Source of the DNA: Justusliebigvirus VEcB
Sequence record: OZ035773.1
Length of the DNA stretch: 64,000 nt
Direction: 5' to 3' (one strand)
Part shown: piece by piece, positions 8,138 through 17,927 of the stretch
Position numbering within the stretch: position 1 is the stretch's first letter
Layout: every line of letters starts with the position of its first letter
Notes under the pieces: generated by a model
Told to the model about the DNA's origin: nothing
Databases searched by the model: none
Seen by the model: only the letters and a program-made list of their open reading frames with translations
Position numbers and translations under genes: made by a program

Positions 8138-11100
8138 TCAGTGACAAGTTGACCATGAACTACCAACATCGTAACCAGCAGTGAGAGGTACATTAAGATT
8201 GTAATACTCACCAGCTTTATTAACAGCGATAGATGCTAATTCTCCGGCACGACTGTAGGCTGTAAACCAACCACCTTTCGGAGATTCATGTACGTTAGCC
8301 CAAATCTTGCCAGTACGTTTCTCTTCCTCTTCTTTCCAGGCATTAACTTTATCCAAACATTCTTTATCAATTTTCTTTTGTTCTTCTGGATCATCAACTT
8401 GAGTCCAACCTAAAGATTCTTTAGAGAACCATTTAAAATGCACCAGATCACGAGTTACTTCAAGCTGTGCTTCATCGTGATATGCAATCATTTGTTGAAC
8501 GAATGACTTATTTTTCCAGTCATCAACAAAAAAGTCAACAGCTAATCCTTCTTCTTCGATAAGATCGTCGTAGATAACCATTGCTCTTTTTGCACAAATA
8601 ACACCACCACTCTGGAACAGAGAGTTAAGTATTGCGTGTGCAGATCGTGTAGGTACTTTTCTACCATCAATACCGAGAATGTATTTCTTACCTGTTTTAA
8701 CCCAAAAATCATGCAGACGTTCTTTAAGAAGCGCAAGAGGTTTTGCAGCTTCCCAGAAAGCATCGTATACAAGCTGTCCTGTATACATATCACTACCTAT
8801 AGTTTTTGCTACTTTTGCAGCTTGAGCACCATAAGTAATACCATACTTAACAGATTTAGCAGGGCTTCGTTCAAACTTACGACCAATAGTGTCAGAAATA
8901 CGTCGAGCCATCATTGTATGAACATCATTAGGTTTTTCCAATAATAGAGCATTACAATATTCGTGTGGTTCCTGCTCGTACCGCCAACAGTTTCCTGTGA
9001 TGGTAATGCAGTCTTTCTGACGCATGACCCACGTACCAAGTTCTGTTTGTGGACACCAAACATCCTCTACACCCCACTCTTCAATAGTCAAACTTTGAAC
9101 AGGAATGTGAGAGCGGTTAGCCAATGTTGCCACTTTTACTTTCTGCTCTTTTGTATTGAAAGCTACAGAGATATTGCCTCCATGCACCAGGTACGAGGCA
9201 GTTAAAGCTGCTTCAAAAAGTTCACCTGGGTTCTGCGCCCAACGCCAAACAGGTTTTTGTTTATGTTCGTGCCAGTAACCATCTGCAATCAAGAAACCTT
9301 CCAAGAAAGCTACACGCTCGGCATGAGACATATTAACTACACGCTCTACCCACGGAACATCCCATTTACCTTGTTGAACAGAAGTTAAACTATTTACCTG
9401 ATCTTGTTCCATGTTAAATGGAGCATTACAAATAATATTATCTCCTGTGCAAAGCTCGGCAGTTGTTCTGACTTTAGGCACATAAGTATTCCCTGTACTA
9501 CGAGTATTAACATACCAACGGTGATCTGCTGTTGCACGATAAGTATGGGATTTTCCTTTAATCTCAAACGTCTTACTATTTTTATAGAAGACCTTACCTT
9601 TTACTTTAGTCCATTCTTTAAGTCCTGTTTCTGGGTTATATCCTAAGATTTCATCCCCTTCTTGTAGATCGTGATAACCAACCCAACCTTTACGGGTTAG
9701 TGCTTGTGCATCCATAGGTACACAGTAGTGTGATTCTATTTTTGCCTCAAGAGAATCAAAGTCATAACCAATTTGGAAGTATTTTGGAACTTCTACACCA
9801 AATAAGTTACGCATTTCATATCCGTACAGAGATGTTACACGTGGGATATTTGCTACTAACCTATGTTTCATACGAGACGTAGCTGCATCACACGTTGCAG
9901 CAGGAGTTGGTATACGACCATCAGCCCTTACTGCTGCCAGATAACCTTTATCGTAATCCTCTTCATCTTCTTCCCAATCAGCACCACCCCCTAGAATAGA
10001 GTTCCTACGGTGTTTATATGTAAGATACTGCACAATCTGCGTAGCATAAGGAAACTTTTCACCTAGTGCTTCCAAATTAGGACAAATATCTTTCTCTTGC
10101 CCTTTTGTAAAGGAAGGGTTAGTAAGCACTTTAACACCACGACCTTTAGCTTTAGCAATACGATCTCTTAGTTTCCATTCCAAAGTTTCTGGTGTGCACT
10201 CCAGATGATCACATCTGTCCTGGCAGAAGTTAGATGCTAACGTTTGATCAACATAGTCACGAATAGCTTTCTCCATCTGTGCTTCATCTTTCTTAATCTT
10301 AGTGCCAGATTTAAGAGTGATATCTTTATCTTTATATTCAGATGGACTCCAACCTAAACCAACTAACCAGTTTTTAATATGTGTAGTGTCGTCTAAAGTA
10401 GCAGGTACTGTAGGATCACAAATAGGTTCTTCTGCTGGAATAGGTAGTTTAAACTCTTTACCTAGTGCAAATAACCACCAACCATCTTCTTTTTGTACAA
10501 GTTCACCAGAATGTTTCTCTGCAAACTTTATCATGTTACTTGAAGGTTCACCATTCTTTTTAAACTGGAGTTTAGGTGGAATGAATGATTTCAAATAACC
10601 TTTGGTAGCAGGTTTAGGAGGTAGCACAGGTTCTGCCTCTAAACGACATGCTTCCATTCGAGCATCCAGATCACGAATATTATCTTCTGCTTGTTTCATA
10701 TTGAAAGCAAAGCCACGGTGCTCTTGACGTGTAATAATATCAGCTACACGTTGTTCTAAGTTAAATGGTTCAGACCACTTATTATAATCACCCCACTCTT
10801 CCATCAAATAACGGAACACTGCGGTGTTAGCTTTGTTATCGTAAATACAGTAATACAGCATATCTGCTGCAAATGTTTTAAATCTTTCAGTTTCAGGAAT
10901 GTTTTTTCTAAAATCAATTTTAACATCCCCTCCAGCTTTCTTAGATAACTCTGCCAGACTATGACCACCGAAGCGATCAGGGTTTAGTGTCTTACTTAAG
11001 ATCATAGTATCACAAATTTCAATGTTACTATTACCCCAAGTATTGTACTTAATACTGTAGTTGAGTTTAAAAAATAATTTAATTGCCAGTAAGTCAAAGT

Positions 11101-11452
11101 TAATGATGTTATGTCCAACTACTTTGGTAATTTTATAGTTTGAATTACCTTTAAATTTACCTGTTCCATTTACAAAATCAGGAAAATCTTTAAGAGGGAA
11201 ATGGGTATATTCTAAATGCTCATATTCCTCCAGTCGGTATTCATACTTTCCGTCAGTCTCAACATACGGACGACCATCGAAAAGATATTTATCACCATCA
11301 TGGAAAGCAATAATCTCTCCAGTATCATGACTTTCGCACACAATACAGTGCATTGCAAAACTATCTTTTAAACGGTATGGACTTGCCAAGTAATCTACAC
11401 TTTCGTCATTAAGCAAGTTGTTACTTTCAATGTCGAAAGTAAAAGCTCCCAT
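8138..11452 (-). CDS. DNA polymerase, family A, interrupted by an intein
   Basis: Exo I FDIES; motif A DFDSLEAKI; motif B RSPAKSVKYGITYG; motif C YHDEAQLE; 245-aa in-frame insertion immediately after motif A. Confidence 0.9.
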   Translation of the reverse strand: MGAFTFDIESNNLLNDESVDYLASPYRLKDSFAMHCIVCESHDTGEIIAFHDGDKYLFDGRPYVETDGKYEYRLEEYEHLEYTHFPLKDFPDFVNGTGKFKGNSNYKITKVVGHNIINFDLLAIKLFFKLNYSIKYNTWGNSNIEICDTMILSKTLNPDRFGGHSLAELSKKAGGDVKIDFRKNIPETERFKTFAADMLYYCIYDNKANTAVFRYLMEEWGDYNKWSEPFNLEQRVADIITRQEHRGFAFNMKQAEDNIRDLDARMEACRLEAEPVLPPKPATKGYLKSFIPPKLQFKKNGEPSSNMIKFAEKHSGELVQKEDGWWLFALGKEFKLPIPAEEPICDPTVPATLDDTTHIKNWLVGLGWSPSEYKDKDITLKSGTKIKKDEAQMEKAIRDYVDQTLASNFCQDRCDHLECTPETLEWKLRDRIAKAKGRGVKVLTNPSFTKGQEKDICPNLEALGEKFPYATQIVQYLTYKHRRNSILGGGADWEEDEEDYDKGYLAAVRADGRIPTPAATCDAATSRMKHRLVANIPRVTSLYGYEMRNLFGVEVPKYFQIGYDFDSLEAKIESHYCVPMDAQALTRKGWVGYHDLQEGDEILGYNPETGLKEWTKVKGKVFYKNSKTFEIKGKSHTYRATADHRWYVNTRSTGNTYVPKVRTTAELCTGDNIICNAPFNMEQDQVNSLTSVQQGKWDVPWVERVVNMSHAERVAFLEGFLIADGYWHEHKQKPVWRWAQNPGELFEAALTASYLVHGGNISVAFNTKEQKVKVATLANRSHIPVQSLTIEEWGVEDVWCPQTELGTWVMRQKDCITITGNCWRYEQEPHEYCNALLLEKPNDVHTMMARRISDTIGRKFERSPAKSVKYGITYGAQAAKVAKTIGSDMYTGQLVYDAFWEAAKPLALLKERLHDFWVKTGKKYILGIDGRKVPTRSAHAILNSLFQSGGVICAKRAMVIYDDLIEEEGLAVDFFVDDWKNKSFVQQMIAYHDEAQLEVTRDLVHFKWFSKESLGWTQVDDPEEQKKIDKECLDKVNAWKEEEEKRTGKIWANVHESPKGGWFTAYSRAGELASIAVNKAGEYYNLNVPLTAGYDVGSSWSTCH
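8990..9724 (-). mobile_element. Intein in DNA polymerase (245 aa, Cys1 ... Asn245, +1 Cys)
   Basis: Begins CVPMDAQ (codon TGT at 9722-9724), block B TADH, ends ...DCITITGN followed by Cys; internal FLEGFLIADGYW resembles a LAGLIDADG motif; host protein without it is 859 aa. Confidence 0.75.
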
Positions 11453-11518
11453 TCTCCCTCCTTAAAATATTTCTAAAGTCTTAATTTGTTAATACTGTAC
11501 CACAAATTAATTGTTTTG

Positions 11519-11540
11519 TAAAGGGGCTTTCGCCCCTTCT
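11519..11540 (-). terminator. Hairpin, possible terminator
   Basis: AAGGGGC-gaaa-GCCCCTT hairpin just downstream of the 11543 stop; weak T-run. Confidence 0.35.
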
Positions 11541-11542
11541 TG

Positions 11543-11938
11543 TTATTTATTGTCAGCACTTAGTTGTACTTTAATAAGGCAATTAGGGACACCATTGGTA
11601 TTTCTCAAGCCTACACGTTCAATTTTAACAGTGCCTGTCAAACCATTAAAAGTGGAAACAATGTTATTAATGTTTTCATCCTTACTAGTGATATCAAGAA
11701 CAACTTTATCACTGACATTTTTCAACATACGATCTACAAGCTCTCCCACAAAACCACTGGTAGTTTGAATGAGAAGGTATAGACAACCATCCTCAAACCA
11801 CAAATGTTCACCATAAGCATAACCGTATGGTTCTAATTCTGATCCGTCTTGAAATTTAAACTTAGCAATAGTTTTCATATAATCATACGCTAAAGCAGAA
11901 GGGCATACCCCATAGAGGATGTTTTCGTTGTCTTTCAT
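11543..11938 (-). CDS. Hypothetical protein
   Basis: ATG at 11938 preceded by AAGGAG; the longer track ORF start would overlap the primase. Confidence 0.45.
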   Translation of the reverse strand: MKDNENILYGVCPSALAYDYMKTIAKFKFQDGSELEPYGYAYGEHLWFEDGCLYLLIQTTSGFVGELVDRMLKNVSDKVVLDITSKDENINNIVSTFNGLTGTVKIERVGLRNTNGVPNCLIKVQLSADNK

Positions 11939-11948
11939 ATTTTTCTCC

Positions 11949-13721
11949 TTAATAAGAACCAGCAGAAATATTTTCTGGGTTACTTGTGTATTGATCGTAA
12001 TCGTGAAGTGTAGCTGTTTTAATCTCATAGAAGAAACTACCTGCTGCACCAGTCTCTGAGAACTCACGGTTCTTTAGAATGTAGCAATATGTGCGGTTAC
12101 GTTCCATAGGATCTTCAGCTTGTTTATCACGCTCCAGCGCAATTGTGATACCAGCACCTTTAGCAAGGAAGCTACTACCCATTGCATCATCTTCTACAAT
12201 ATGTTCATTACTATTGTTAGAAGACTTTTTAACGTGTGAAATTACAACAATGGTTATTGCATACTCTTTCATAATGCGTTTCAGCCACGTCGCAAGTTCC
12301 TCTTGTTGTGACACGTCCATACCAGAAAGCAAATCAGAATAAGGGTCGATAACAAGAATGGTTACTCCGAAATAAATAATCATTTCCAGAACCTTCTCTT
12401 TAATCACATCTACGTTAGCCCCACGATCATCACAAACATAGAAACGTGGTGTTCCATCTTCTCGTTCGTAAAAATCACGAATCTTTTCTTCATTATCTTT
12501 TAAAATCTTTTCCTTCTCTTCTTTCGTTTTACGGTGAAGAGGGATATGCAAGAATGAAGACAGTAAGTTACGAGAATACTTCTTATACGTTGCCTCCAAA
12601 GATAAAATACCAAGAGTATGTTCTGGGTGTGCAAGAATAATGTGTTTCGTAATCTCGTTAACCAACAGTGTCTTACCGATACTTGTTTTTGCAAGTATAA
12701 CAGTAATTTCTTCTTCTACCAAGCCTCCACCTAACATATTAGAAGCAACACGCATGAATGGAGGAAGGGTGATCATTTTAGCTTCCAGGCATTCCAAGGC
12801 TGCTTCATACAGTACGTTAGAAGCATAAACACCAGCAGGTGTGTACAGTTTAGCTTTGAAAAAGCGATCAAGAAAGTGATCAATTTTTCCTTCTACTAGT
12901 GCCTGGTTAGGATCTTTAACATCCGTTAGTTCCATCACGTAAACTTTATTACGTGGTAAGATTTTAACACATTTCTCAACTGCTGCACGTCCAGCTTCAT
13001 CATTATCCATACATAGAACAATCTTTTTAAATTGATCTAAGAATTTATAACGATGTTGAAGCTGCTTATGCAGAGATGTTTCGCCACAAGTACCAGATAC
13101 TACAGCAGGAACAGGATATTTACCACCCTTGTTATAATCTTTTAGCATCTGTGTTGCAGCCAGCATATCGTGTTCACCACCAACGATTAGAATAGTACCG
13201 CTGTGGTTACGATATTTAAACTCCCCAAAAAGATCACAATCCTTTCCTGTTTCACCGATAGGATGTGAGAAATCTTTTGGATCGATACGTTGTTTATACC
13301 CAGCAATATTGTAATCTTTAGTTGTAGGGTATAGTGTTGAAATTACTTCGCCAGTAGCTTCATCGTACATATAACGTACACCGAAAGGCTTAGAGATATC
13401 TTCACGAATACCGCGATAACCTTTTGGATTAGTTCCAGTGCTGGCTTTTAGTTTATCATGTACTTCAGGATTAAACTCACTACCCAAGATATCCTCCTCT
13501 TCAATTTCTTCGCCGTGTGCATTTAACCATTTTTGATCAGGGATAGTAAAGCCACAAGAAAAACAATGTGCTCCTCGATGGTCTTCATCGGCATCTAAGC
13601 CATATACCATCAAATTGTTTTGTGATCGATCACGCCCTCCTTTCATACAACGAGGACACCCAGTATGTCCTTCTTGACTTAGATCAATGTTATACCCATA
13701 TTTATTTACAACATAAGACAC
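11949..13721 (-). CDS. Primase-helicase (T7 gp4-like)
   Basis: N-terminal zinc ribbon (CPRCMKGG...CFSCGF), Toprim IVLCMDNDEAGRAA, DnaB-like Walker A ILAKTSIGKT; GTG start with AGGAGA RBS. Confidence 0.85.
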   Translation of the reverse strand: MSYVVNKYGYNIDLSQEGHTGCPRCMKGGRDRSQNNLMVYGLDADEDHRGAHCFSCGFTIPDQKWLNAHGEEIEEEDILGSEFNPEVHDKLKASTGTNPKGYRGIREDISKPFGVRYMYDEATGEVISTLYPTTKDYNIAGYKQRIDPKDFSHPIGETGKDCDLFGEFKYRNHSGTILIVGGEHDMLAATQMLKDYNKGGKYPVPAVVSGTCGETSLHKQLQHRYKFLDQFKKIVLCMDNDEAGRAAVEKCVKILPRNKVYVMELTDVKDPNQALVEGKIDHFLDRFFKAKLYTPAGVYASNVLYEAALECLEAKMITLPPFMRVASNMLGGGLVEEEITVILAKTSIGKTLLVNEITKHIILAHPEHTLGILSLEATYKKYSRNLLSSFLHIPLHRKTKEEKEKILKDNEEKIRDFYEREDGTPRFYVCDDRGANVDVIKEKVLEMIIYFGVTILVIDPYSDLLSGMDVSQQEELATWLKRIMKEYAITIVVISHVKKSSNNSNEHIVEDDAMGSSFLAKGAGITIALERDKQAEDPMERNRTYCYILKNREFSETGAAGSFFYEIKTATLHDYDQYTSNPENISAGSY

Positions 13722-13733
13722 ATGATTCTCCTA

Positions 13734-14003
13734 CTAAAATGATTCGTTTGTCTCCATAATATATTGCATTTCCAAATCTTCCATATGTTTCTTAAATTGG
13801 TAAACAATTTCCGATGGGGAAATATCTATATCAAAAAGTTCTTTTGTACCAGAATAAAATCTAATACCATCAACAATAAGACCACCATAATAATCCCAAT
13901 CACTTTCTCGTGAGAAAGGGTTAGGTTCTTCATAATAGTAATCTACTTCAACAATAATAGGTTCTTTATTATCTTGTTTATACTCAAAATCAAAAGTGTT
14001 CAT
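13734..14003 (-). CDS. Hypothetical protein
   Basis: Intact ORF, acidic. Confidence 0.4.
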   Translation of the reverse strand: MNTFDFEYKQDNKEPIIVEVDYYYEEPNPFSRESDWDYYGGLIVDGIRFYSGTKELFDIDISPSEIVYQFKKHMEDLEMQYIMETNESF

Positions 14004-14947
14004 TATAAATCCTCGATAAGCAGTCTGCGGGTTTCATTTAAATCATCAATATTGTAGTTATCTCTTACATACTTAGCAAGAGCTAATCCTTTCTCAATAC
14101 AAACATCAGGAGATTCGATTAAGTATTCTACAATATCTTTCCACTCTTTAACTGAATCAGCAAAGAAGATTAGATCTTTAAATTCTTCAGTATAGTAGTT
14201 CTCTCGTGGCGAACAAACGAGTGGCAAACCTTTAGCACCAGCTTCAAGAATTTTTAAATTACTTTTGGCATTATTAAAATGATTATTTACTAATGGAGCT
14301 ATGGAGATTTGATGACCATCGTATGCTTCCATATAACACTCATAAGGACGAATACCTTCATAAACACAATCTGGTTGAATATCTTCTTTAATTTGCAACC
14401 ATTGAGCACTACTTAACTCTTCGTGATCTCTACGAAATCCACATAAAGTTAAATCTTTACCAAAATCAGGAAGAATTGCTAAATCATGTTTATGGGTTTC
14501 ACTTCCCGCCCAAACTAGGGGACTTTTAGAATAACGGTCTTTAGTAAGAACAAACTGTCCTTCATCAAAAGGTAGTCCGTTAGGCACAATATGTACATTA
14601 TCATTGTATTGGCTTAATTCAACCTTTAATGCCGGAGTTGTTGTAGTTACAAGATCGCTTCTTTCAAGGAACCATTTTAGGTCATCTCGGATTTGATTTT
14701 CAAATAATCCTTCAAGCATATGCCCTTCAGGAATAATTAAAGAATCATCCAGATCCATTACCAATTTAAACCCAAGTTGTTTAAGAGCCAGGAAACCTGG
14801 CTTTCCACGTGTTGGTACTCCATTGAACACAAAAATATTATGCTTAGGATTAATGGTCAGTTTGCGTTTATATGGCAAAATGATTCTATGAAAATCACAT
14901 ACACTATACTTTTCATTTCCGCGTGTGTCAAGAATAATATTAGGCAT
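14003..14947 (-). CDS. Putative glycosyltransferase-like protein (paralog 1)
   Basis: Shares with 14959-15972 the C-terminal block IAPLVxNxFNNxKSNLKILEAGAKGLPxxCSP, reminiscent of GT-B sugar-donor binding. Confidence 0.35.
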   Translation of the reverse strand: MPNIILDTRGNEKYSVCDFHRIILPYKRKLTINPKHNIFVFNGVPTRGKPGFLALKQLGFKLVMDLDDSLIIPEGHMLEGLFENQIRDDLKWFLERSDLVTTTTPALKVELSQYNDNVHIVPNGLPFDEGQFVLTKDRYSKSPLVWAGSETHKHDLAILPDFGKDLTLCGFRRDHEELSSAQWLQIKEDIQPDCVYEGIRPYECYMEAYDGHQISIAPLVNNHFNNAKSNLKILEAGAKGLPLVCSPRENYYTEEFKDLIFFADSVKEWKDIVEYLIESPDVCIEKGLALAKYVRDNYNIDDLNETRRLLIEDL

Positions 14948-14958
14948 ATAGCTCCTTA

Positions 14959-15972
14959 TTAAAGACTTTCAATAACTTGACGACGCAGTTCATTGGCATC
15001 TGCAAGATTATAATTAAGACGAACGTGTTCTGCAAGCATCATACCACGATCTTCTGTGTATCTAGGGTTCCTCATTAGCTTGACAACTTCATAATGCCAA
15101 GATGCTTTAGAGTCTGCATAGATAACAGCCTTTGCATCTACCGGATTGAAGTACGGCAGCACAGGAGAACAGATAATAGGAAGACCCTTTGCACCTGCTT
15201 CCAAAATCTTCAAATTGCTTTTACAGTTGTTGAAGTCATTATCTACCAGGGGAGCAATTGCAATACTGTGACCATCATACACAGACATATACTCACCTAA
15301 ATTTTTAATAGCTGGTTTATACTGTGCATTTGGAATTTTACGTTTTATTTTAACCCACTCCGCAGTAGTTAGATACTGACTATTATTTCCAACAGGTGCA
15401 GAAGGATACACTTCATACCCTGCAATTGTCAATAGTGTATCATCAAATGTATTAGCTACAAGAGATAAATCAGGCTCGTGGCTTGCTCCTCCAGCCCAGA
15501 TAATAGGCGTGTCAGAATTACGGTCTTTTGTCAAAGTAAATTGACCTTCGTCGTAAGGTAGTGCGTTTCTAATTACGACAACATTACGATTTAAATGACG
15601 AATTTTGTAAGCTAGGTATTCTGTTGTTACAGTAACAACATCTGCTAACTTAATCATCTCTACAATAGTCTTTGAGTGATTAGTAAATACGCCAGCCATA
15701 TAATGTTCAGGATTAAGCGAATAAAAATCATCTAAATCAACAATAATCTTAACACCTTGTGCCTTCAGGCGTTTAACTTCGTCTGATCCACGAGAATACA
15801 CTCTATTAAAAACTAAAACGTCTCTCTTAGGTTTAAACGTATTTCCAGCAAATGGCATTACAATACGATGGTAATCACAACCACTGCCTAACTTATTATC
15901 ACACTTAAGTACAGGAGTATTAGGATTTACCATATTTTTGAGCCTCCTCATAAGAGATAAAAGTTTTACCAT
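14959..15972 (-). CDS. Putative glycosyltransferase-like protein (paralog 2)
   Basis: Paralog of 14003-14947 along most of its length. Confidence 0.35.
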   Translation of the reverse strand: MVKLLSLMRRLKNMVNPNTPVLKCDNKLGSGCDYHRIVMPFAGNTFKPKRDVLVFNRVYSRGSDEVKRLKAQGVKIIVDLDDFYSLNPEHYMAGVFTNHSKTIVEMIKLADVVTVTTEYLAYKIRHLNRNVVVIRNALPYDEGQFTLTKDRNSDTPIIWAGGASHEPDLSLVANTFDDTLLTIAGYEVYPSAPVGNNSQYLTTAEWVKIKRKIPNAQYKPAIKNLGEYMSVYDGHSIAIAPLVDNDFNNCKSNLKILEAGAKGLPIICSPVLPYFNPVDAKAVIYADSKASWHYEVVKLMRNPRYTEDRGMMLAEHVRLNYNLADANELRRQVIESL

Positions 15973-16606
15973 TGCGAAGATCCTCCAGTGATTGTTTATA
16001 TTGTTCCCAGTTTACACCAATCCCCTGTTCTTTCTCTTCTTTTGACAGATTCGCAAAAGGTAAAGGATTGTCTCCAAACACATCGTCAGGATGGATAAAC
16101 GCCATAATTCGAATAGGACATGGTACGCCGTGAATACCTCGGTTCAAACCTGCCAGTGGAACGCGCTGAATCCACTCTGCGTCCTCATAACCATAACCGT
16201 GAGTGTATGAGCGGAAATAGCCAGCTTTCTCAATAACTGCACGGGAATACATACCAAACTGGCACATACCTAGTTCCCAAATAACCACTTCACCTTCAAT
16301 ACCTTTTACTTTATCTTTAAAGTATTCAGGCATACCAAAGAAATCCCAGCCATTTTCCTTAGCCTGTTTTACAAAATATGTTTCCCAACCTGGCACAACC
16401 GGATAGCAATCATCATCAAAAATAAACCAGTAATCATACCCTTCATCATAAAACTTTTTCATCAGTTCATTACGGGCATATGCAACACCTTTTCGTTCCC
16501 GATCATACTGTACAACAAAAGTAGCATTAGGATCAGTCACAAGATAATCTTTAAGAGGACGCTTACCTACAGTAATAACACCAACACCAATTTTTGTATT
16601 TTCCAA
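15920..16606 (-). CDS. Putative GT-A-like glycosyltransferase (DxD motif)
   Basis: WFIFDDDCYP resembles a DxD nucleotide-sugar binding motif. Confidence 0.3.
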   Translation of the reverse strand: MENTKIGVGVITVGKRPLKDYLVTDPNATFVVQYDRERKGVAYARNELMKKFYDEGYDYWFIFDDDCYPVVPGWETYFVKQAKENGWDFFGMPEYFKDKVKGIEGEVVIWELGMCQFGMYSRAVIEKAGYFRSYTHGYGYEDAEWIQRVPLAGLNRGIHGVPCPIRIMAFIHPDDVFGDNPLPFANLSKEEKEQGIGVNWEQYKQSLEDLRNGKTFISYEEAQKYGKS

Positions 16607-16615
16607 AATAACTCC

Positions 16616-17179
16616 TTAAATAATTTTATTCATGTCTTGACAATGTAAAAGGTGTGAAACAGCTTTCCTAGGATCATCATTACCTAAACGGTATGTGTGA
16701 AATAAATATAACCCACGTAGTAAACCTAGCCTCTTATTGTTAGCGTGTAATGTTTTAGAGAAAATTATATCAAACTGTATTGATCTTTCCTCAAAAGGGA
16801 TTTCATTCCACAGACTTTTACGAAAGAGAAGAAAGAATCCTGCTAAGATAGCATCTGTAGGTACTTCCTCTATTGAGTTTCCCCATTCTAGATGTGCTCT
16901 TTTTGCAATCTCAATGTGGTGTAATATATTTGGATCTTCACTTCTTTCATTATTAAATAATTGATATGTTGATCCCAATCTATTACAAGATGCACCAAGA
17001 ACATCAAAATCAGGATTTGAACGGACTATTGATTCCAACCAAGCAGGTTGCTCTGGAAGAAGAAACATTGTATCAATGTCTCTTAGGCAAATCCAACTAT
17101 CTTCTGGTAAGACACTTATTGTGTCATTGATACCTTTTCCAATATCTCCAGAAAGATAGGGAGTTATGTGAAATATCAT
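16616..17179 (-). CDS. Hypothetical protein
   Basis: Intact ORF. Confidence 0.4.
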   Translation of the reverse strand: MIFHITPYLSGDIGKGINDTISVLPEDSWICLRDIDTMFLLPEQPAWLESIVRSNPDFDVLGASCNRLGSTYQLFNNERSEDPNILHHIEIAKRAHLEWGNSIEEVPTDAILAGFFLLFRKSLWNEIPFEERSIQFDIIFSKTLHANNKRLGLLRGLYLFHTYRLGNDDPRKAVSHLLHCQDMNKII

Positions 17180-17236
17180 ACTCCCTCCGTATTATTACTT
17201 TAGCATTTTTAGACTAAAAAGTCCAAATGGTTTTAC

Positions 17237-17431
17237 CTATTGATTACGTTTTGCGAGTTCCATTTGGATAGCTAAACTGTGATCTCGTGCTTCCATATAC
17301 TCTTTATATGTTTCATTAAGATGATCACGACAAACATCACGCAGTTTAATCAGTTTATCTGTAGGGATACCACTAAGATCATCCCAAGATTTTACAACTT
17401 CACCAGTATTATTGATCCCAATGGTTTTCAT
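17237..17431 (-). CDS. Hypothetical small protein
   Basis: Intact ORF. Confidence 0.35.
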   Translation of the reverse strand: MKTIGINNTGEVVKSWDDLSGIPTDKLIKLRDVCRDHLNETYKEYMEARDHSLAIQMELAKRNQ

Positions 17432-17687
17432 CTACAACCTCCTTAATTGCTACAGCACAGTTTTTGCAGATACACTGCCCTTTACCTTTAGAAATCTGGA
17501 TGTAAGGTTCATTTTCATTTTCGCCCTTACGTGAGTCATATATTACAGAATTGAAGCACACAACGCAAATATTTTTTAAGATTGTATACTTATCAACTTT
17601 CTTTTTTGTTTTAAAGTTAACTTCAATAACATCAGCCATCAGTGTAACACTCCCAGTATGTTGCTTTGTGACATAACCATAGAACAT
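17409..17687 (-). CDS. Hypothetical small protein, Cys-rich
   Basis: CxxC ... CxxC pairs suggest a zinc ribbon. Confidence 0.35.
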   Translation of the reverse strand: MFYGYVTKQHTGSVTLMADVIEVNFKTKKKVDKYTILKNICVVCFNSVIYDSRKGENENEPYIQISKGKGQCICKNCAVAIKEVVDENHWDQ

Positions 17688-17917
17688 TCAACATTATCGT
17701 GACTACGTGAAAAACGTTCCCAAACATCTTCATCGACTCGTAAAGCTATACAAGGATAGACGTTATCATTGATCATTTCAATTGAATAAACATCCACATT
17801 GTCTTCGTCTTCGATGAACATCATTGCAAACTGTTCTAAATGTTTCCTAATGTAATGTACATCCTCTTCTGTAAGACCAATAACAAGATAACTTGCAACG
17901 ATAACGCCATCTTTCAT
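17639..17917 (-). CDS. Hypothetical small protein
   Basis: Intact ORF. Confidence 0.35.
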   Translation of the reverse strand: MKDGVIVASYLVIGLTEEDVHYIRKHLEQFAMMFIEDEDNVDVYSIEMINDNVYPCIALRVDEDVWERFSRSHDNVECSMVMSQSNILGVLH

Positions 17918-17927
17918 CTATATCTCC

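Noticed and set aside
8542-13759. Short ORFs overlapping the DNA polymerase and primase-helicase genes on either strand
   Set aside because: Embedded in genes with strong catalytic-motif support; no RBS context.
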